Source: an uncultured Candidatus Saccharibacteria bacterium (GTDB taxonomy: Bacteria; Patescibacteriota; Minisyncoccia; Phycocordibacterales; CSBR16-119). Taken from it: 64,000 nt of DNA. Below are positions 62,968 to 64,000 of this stretch, piece by piece (positions within the stretch are counted from its first letter, which is position 1; each line of letters opens with the position of its first letter). A program made the translations under genes and the position numbers. The stretch lies in assembly GCA_964557535.1 (NCBI GenBank), contig CAZLAD010000003.1:25671-89670 (forward strand), read 5' to 3'. Under the pieces are notes generated by a model that did no database searches, was not told the origin of the DNA, and saw only the letters and a program-made list of their open reading frames with translations.

Positions 62968-63954
62968 CTAATCGCGAATGAGTTTGGTCGTCCTTGTCCC
63001 TTTTTCGGACTCGACGACAAGATGGTACAACCCTTTGGACTGAGTGGAGACTAGCTCCGTTAGCCCTGTCTCGGTAACTTGACCAGATGCGACTAGACGC
63101 CCTGCGGCATCCAAGAGGCGATATTCCTCTTTGGCGTTTGCCTGGAAGAATAGTCTGTCGCCGTCCCATGGGTTTGGGTAAACGATCAGGGCAGGTTGAT
63201 TCGTTGGTTCCACATGTGTGGAGATACTTTGGACAGTCTGGCAGACTTCCTCAGTACCGAGGTTGATCACGTGAGGATCAAATAGTGGCGTGTCGCCAGT
63301 GTCCATCCATGCGAGAGTCGCTTGGGCACACACTTCGATCGCTGGTCCGTCGTAAACCCATGCATGTTCGTGGACAATGTCCGTCCACGAATTATGGAGT
63401 TCTGCAACGAAAGTCTCAAGAACCTCACCCTCGCCATCAACGATCTCGACGGTTTGGAGAAGTTCCTGTTCCGCGCAACGCCCGACCAATTCGGCCGGAA
63501 GTCCCCAGAAGGGACCAGTTGTTACTCGAAGTCGGAACTCCGAAGTACTACCGGAAATATTCTCAATCGTAACCTCCGGAGTCTCTTCCCAGACGTGAAT
63601 CGAGTTTATTCCGATTGGTTCACAAGTCTCGACGTTGCCGTCGAAAATCCCGATCACCACTTGGTGCTCTTGTAGGAGCGTCGTCACGACCTCGTTGTAT
63701 TCCACCATGAAGATTCCTCCTCCGGTGGGTACGGATAGGGTGTGATGGGGGCTACCGTCAAGGTAGCACGCCAAAGTCCTCGGGCCGGAAGTCTCGACTT
63801 CCACCCGCACGGTGATGTTGCCCGGCTTGCTCGAAAACCAAGCCAAGGATTGCCCGTTGTCGCAATGACACGGGCTTAGCGCTATCTGATCTTGCGCCTT
63901 TGCCAAGACAGGCAAAAGCAGAAGGGTTAAAACGACAAGGAGCGGTTGTTTCAT
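62968..63954 (-). CDS. Secreted protein with a Bacteroidetes-type type IX secretion (T9SS / Por) C-terminal sorting domain; GC-rich (about 55%)
   Basis: Signal 'MKQPLLVVLTLLLLPVLAKAQ'. The C-terminal 'LIVYPNPWDGDRLFF...YRLLDAAGRLVASGQV...KGLYHLVVESEKGTRTTKLIRD' fits the T9SS C-terminal domain pattern (YPNP...GR.V......GxY.L.V.....K.I). Its GC content and codon bias differ strongly from the rest of the window. Confidence 0.6.
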   Translation of the reverse strand: MKQPLLVVLTLLLLPVLAKAQDQIALSPCHCDNGQSLAWFSSKPGNITVRVEVETSGPRTLACYLDGSPHHTLSVPTGGGIFMVEYNEVVTTLLQEHQVVIGIFDGNVETCEPIGINSIHVWEETPEVTIENISGSTSEFRLRVTTGPFWGLPAELVGRCAEQELLQTVEIVDGEGEVLETFVAELHNSWTDIVHEHAWVYDGPAIEVCAQATLAWMDTGDTPLFDPHVINLGTEEVCQTVQSISTHVEPTNQPALIVYPNPWDGDRLFFQANAKEEYRLLDAAGRLVASGQVTETGLTELVSTQSKGLYHLVVESEKGTRTTKLIRD

Positions 63955-64000
63955 GGCAGGTTTGGGTTTTTTGTAGTTTATCATAGAAGTAGACGATTGT

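Noticed and set aside
1-64000. CRISPR arrays, integrase or transposase genes, toxin-antitoxin pairs
   Set aside because: No regularly spaced direct repeats with unique spacers were seen. No tyrosine or serine recombinase or DDE transposase motifs were seen, even next to the tRNA-end duplications. No obvious small adjacent TA-like gene pairs were seen.

Overview
The window appears to be a chromosomal segment from a small, low-GC (about 40%), densely coded bacterial genome. The gene content is Gram-positive-like and resembles candidate-phyla-radiation (CPR, Patescibacteria) bacteria: RNase Y, a short YidC, HU, no CCA encoded on the tRNAs, and many giant secreted proteins. It contains the replication-origin locus with dnaN and dnaA running leftward, a cluster of DnaA boxes (the presumed oriC), and rpmH-rnpA-yidD-yidC-jag running rightward. 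It also contains housekeeping genes (tyrS, thrS, a class A penicillin-binding protein, rny, hup, cca, xth, rnhA, rpmB, csp, dgkA, split comEC), seven tRNA genes in three loci, and a ZupT/Zur metal-homeostasis locus. A block of very large secreted or surface proteins spans 36.2-38 kb, 40.5-48.5 kb and 56.7-63 kb.

The observations most worth a second look are:
- An 80-nt hairpin family whose stems differ between copies but whose loop is conserved, found in 3' UTRs (14.57-14.76 kb, 54.96-55.03 kb, 56.23-56.31 kb).
- A 31-nt TAG-rich motif present three times exactly at gene boundaries (3936, 22466, 38290).
- Partial duplications of tRNA ends, plus a related 70-nt module, next to all four tRNAs in the 15.5-18.4 kb region.
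- Short GC-rich islets (50-56% GC, G/C-ending codons) that carry small hypothetical genes, including a protein with a Bacteroidetes-type type IX secretion (T9SS) C-terminal sorting domain (62968-63954).
- A 26-residue Cys-containing motif (GCMDPxATNYNP...DDGSC) shared by two secreted proteins. In one of them it is triplicated, and two copies have identical amino acids despite many synonymous DNA differences.
- A Zur operon with a perfect 10-1-10 palindromic operator and a translationally coupled CooC/MinD-like ATPase.

No CRISPR array, integrase, transposase or recognizable defense system is visible.
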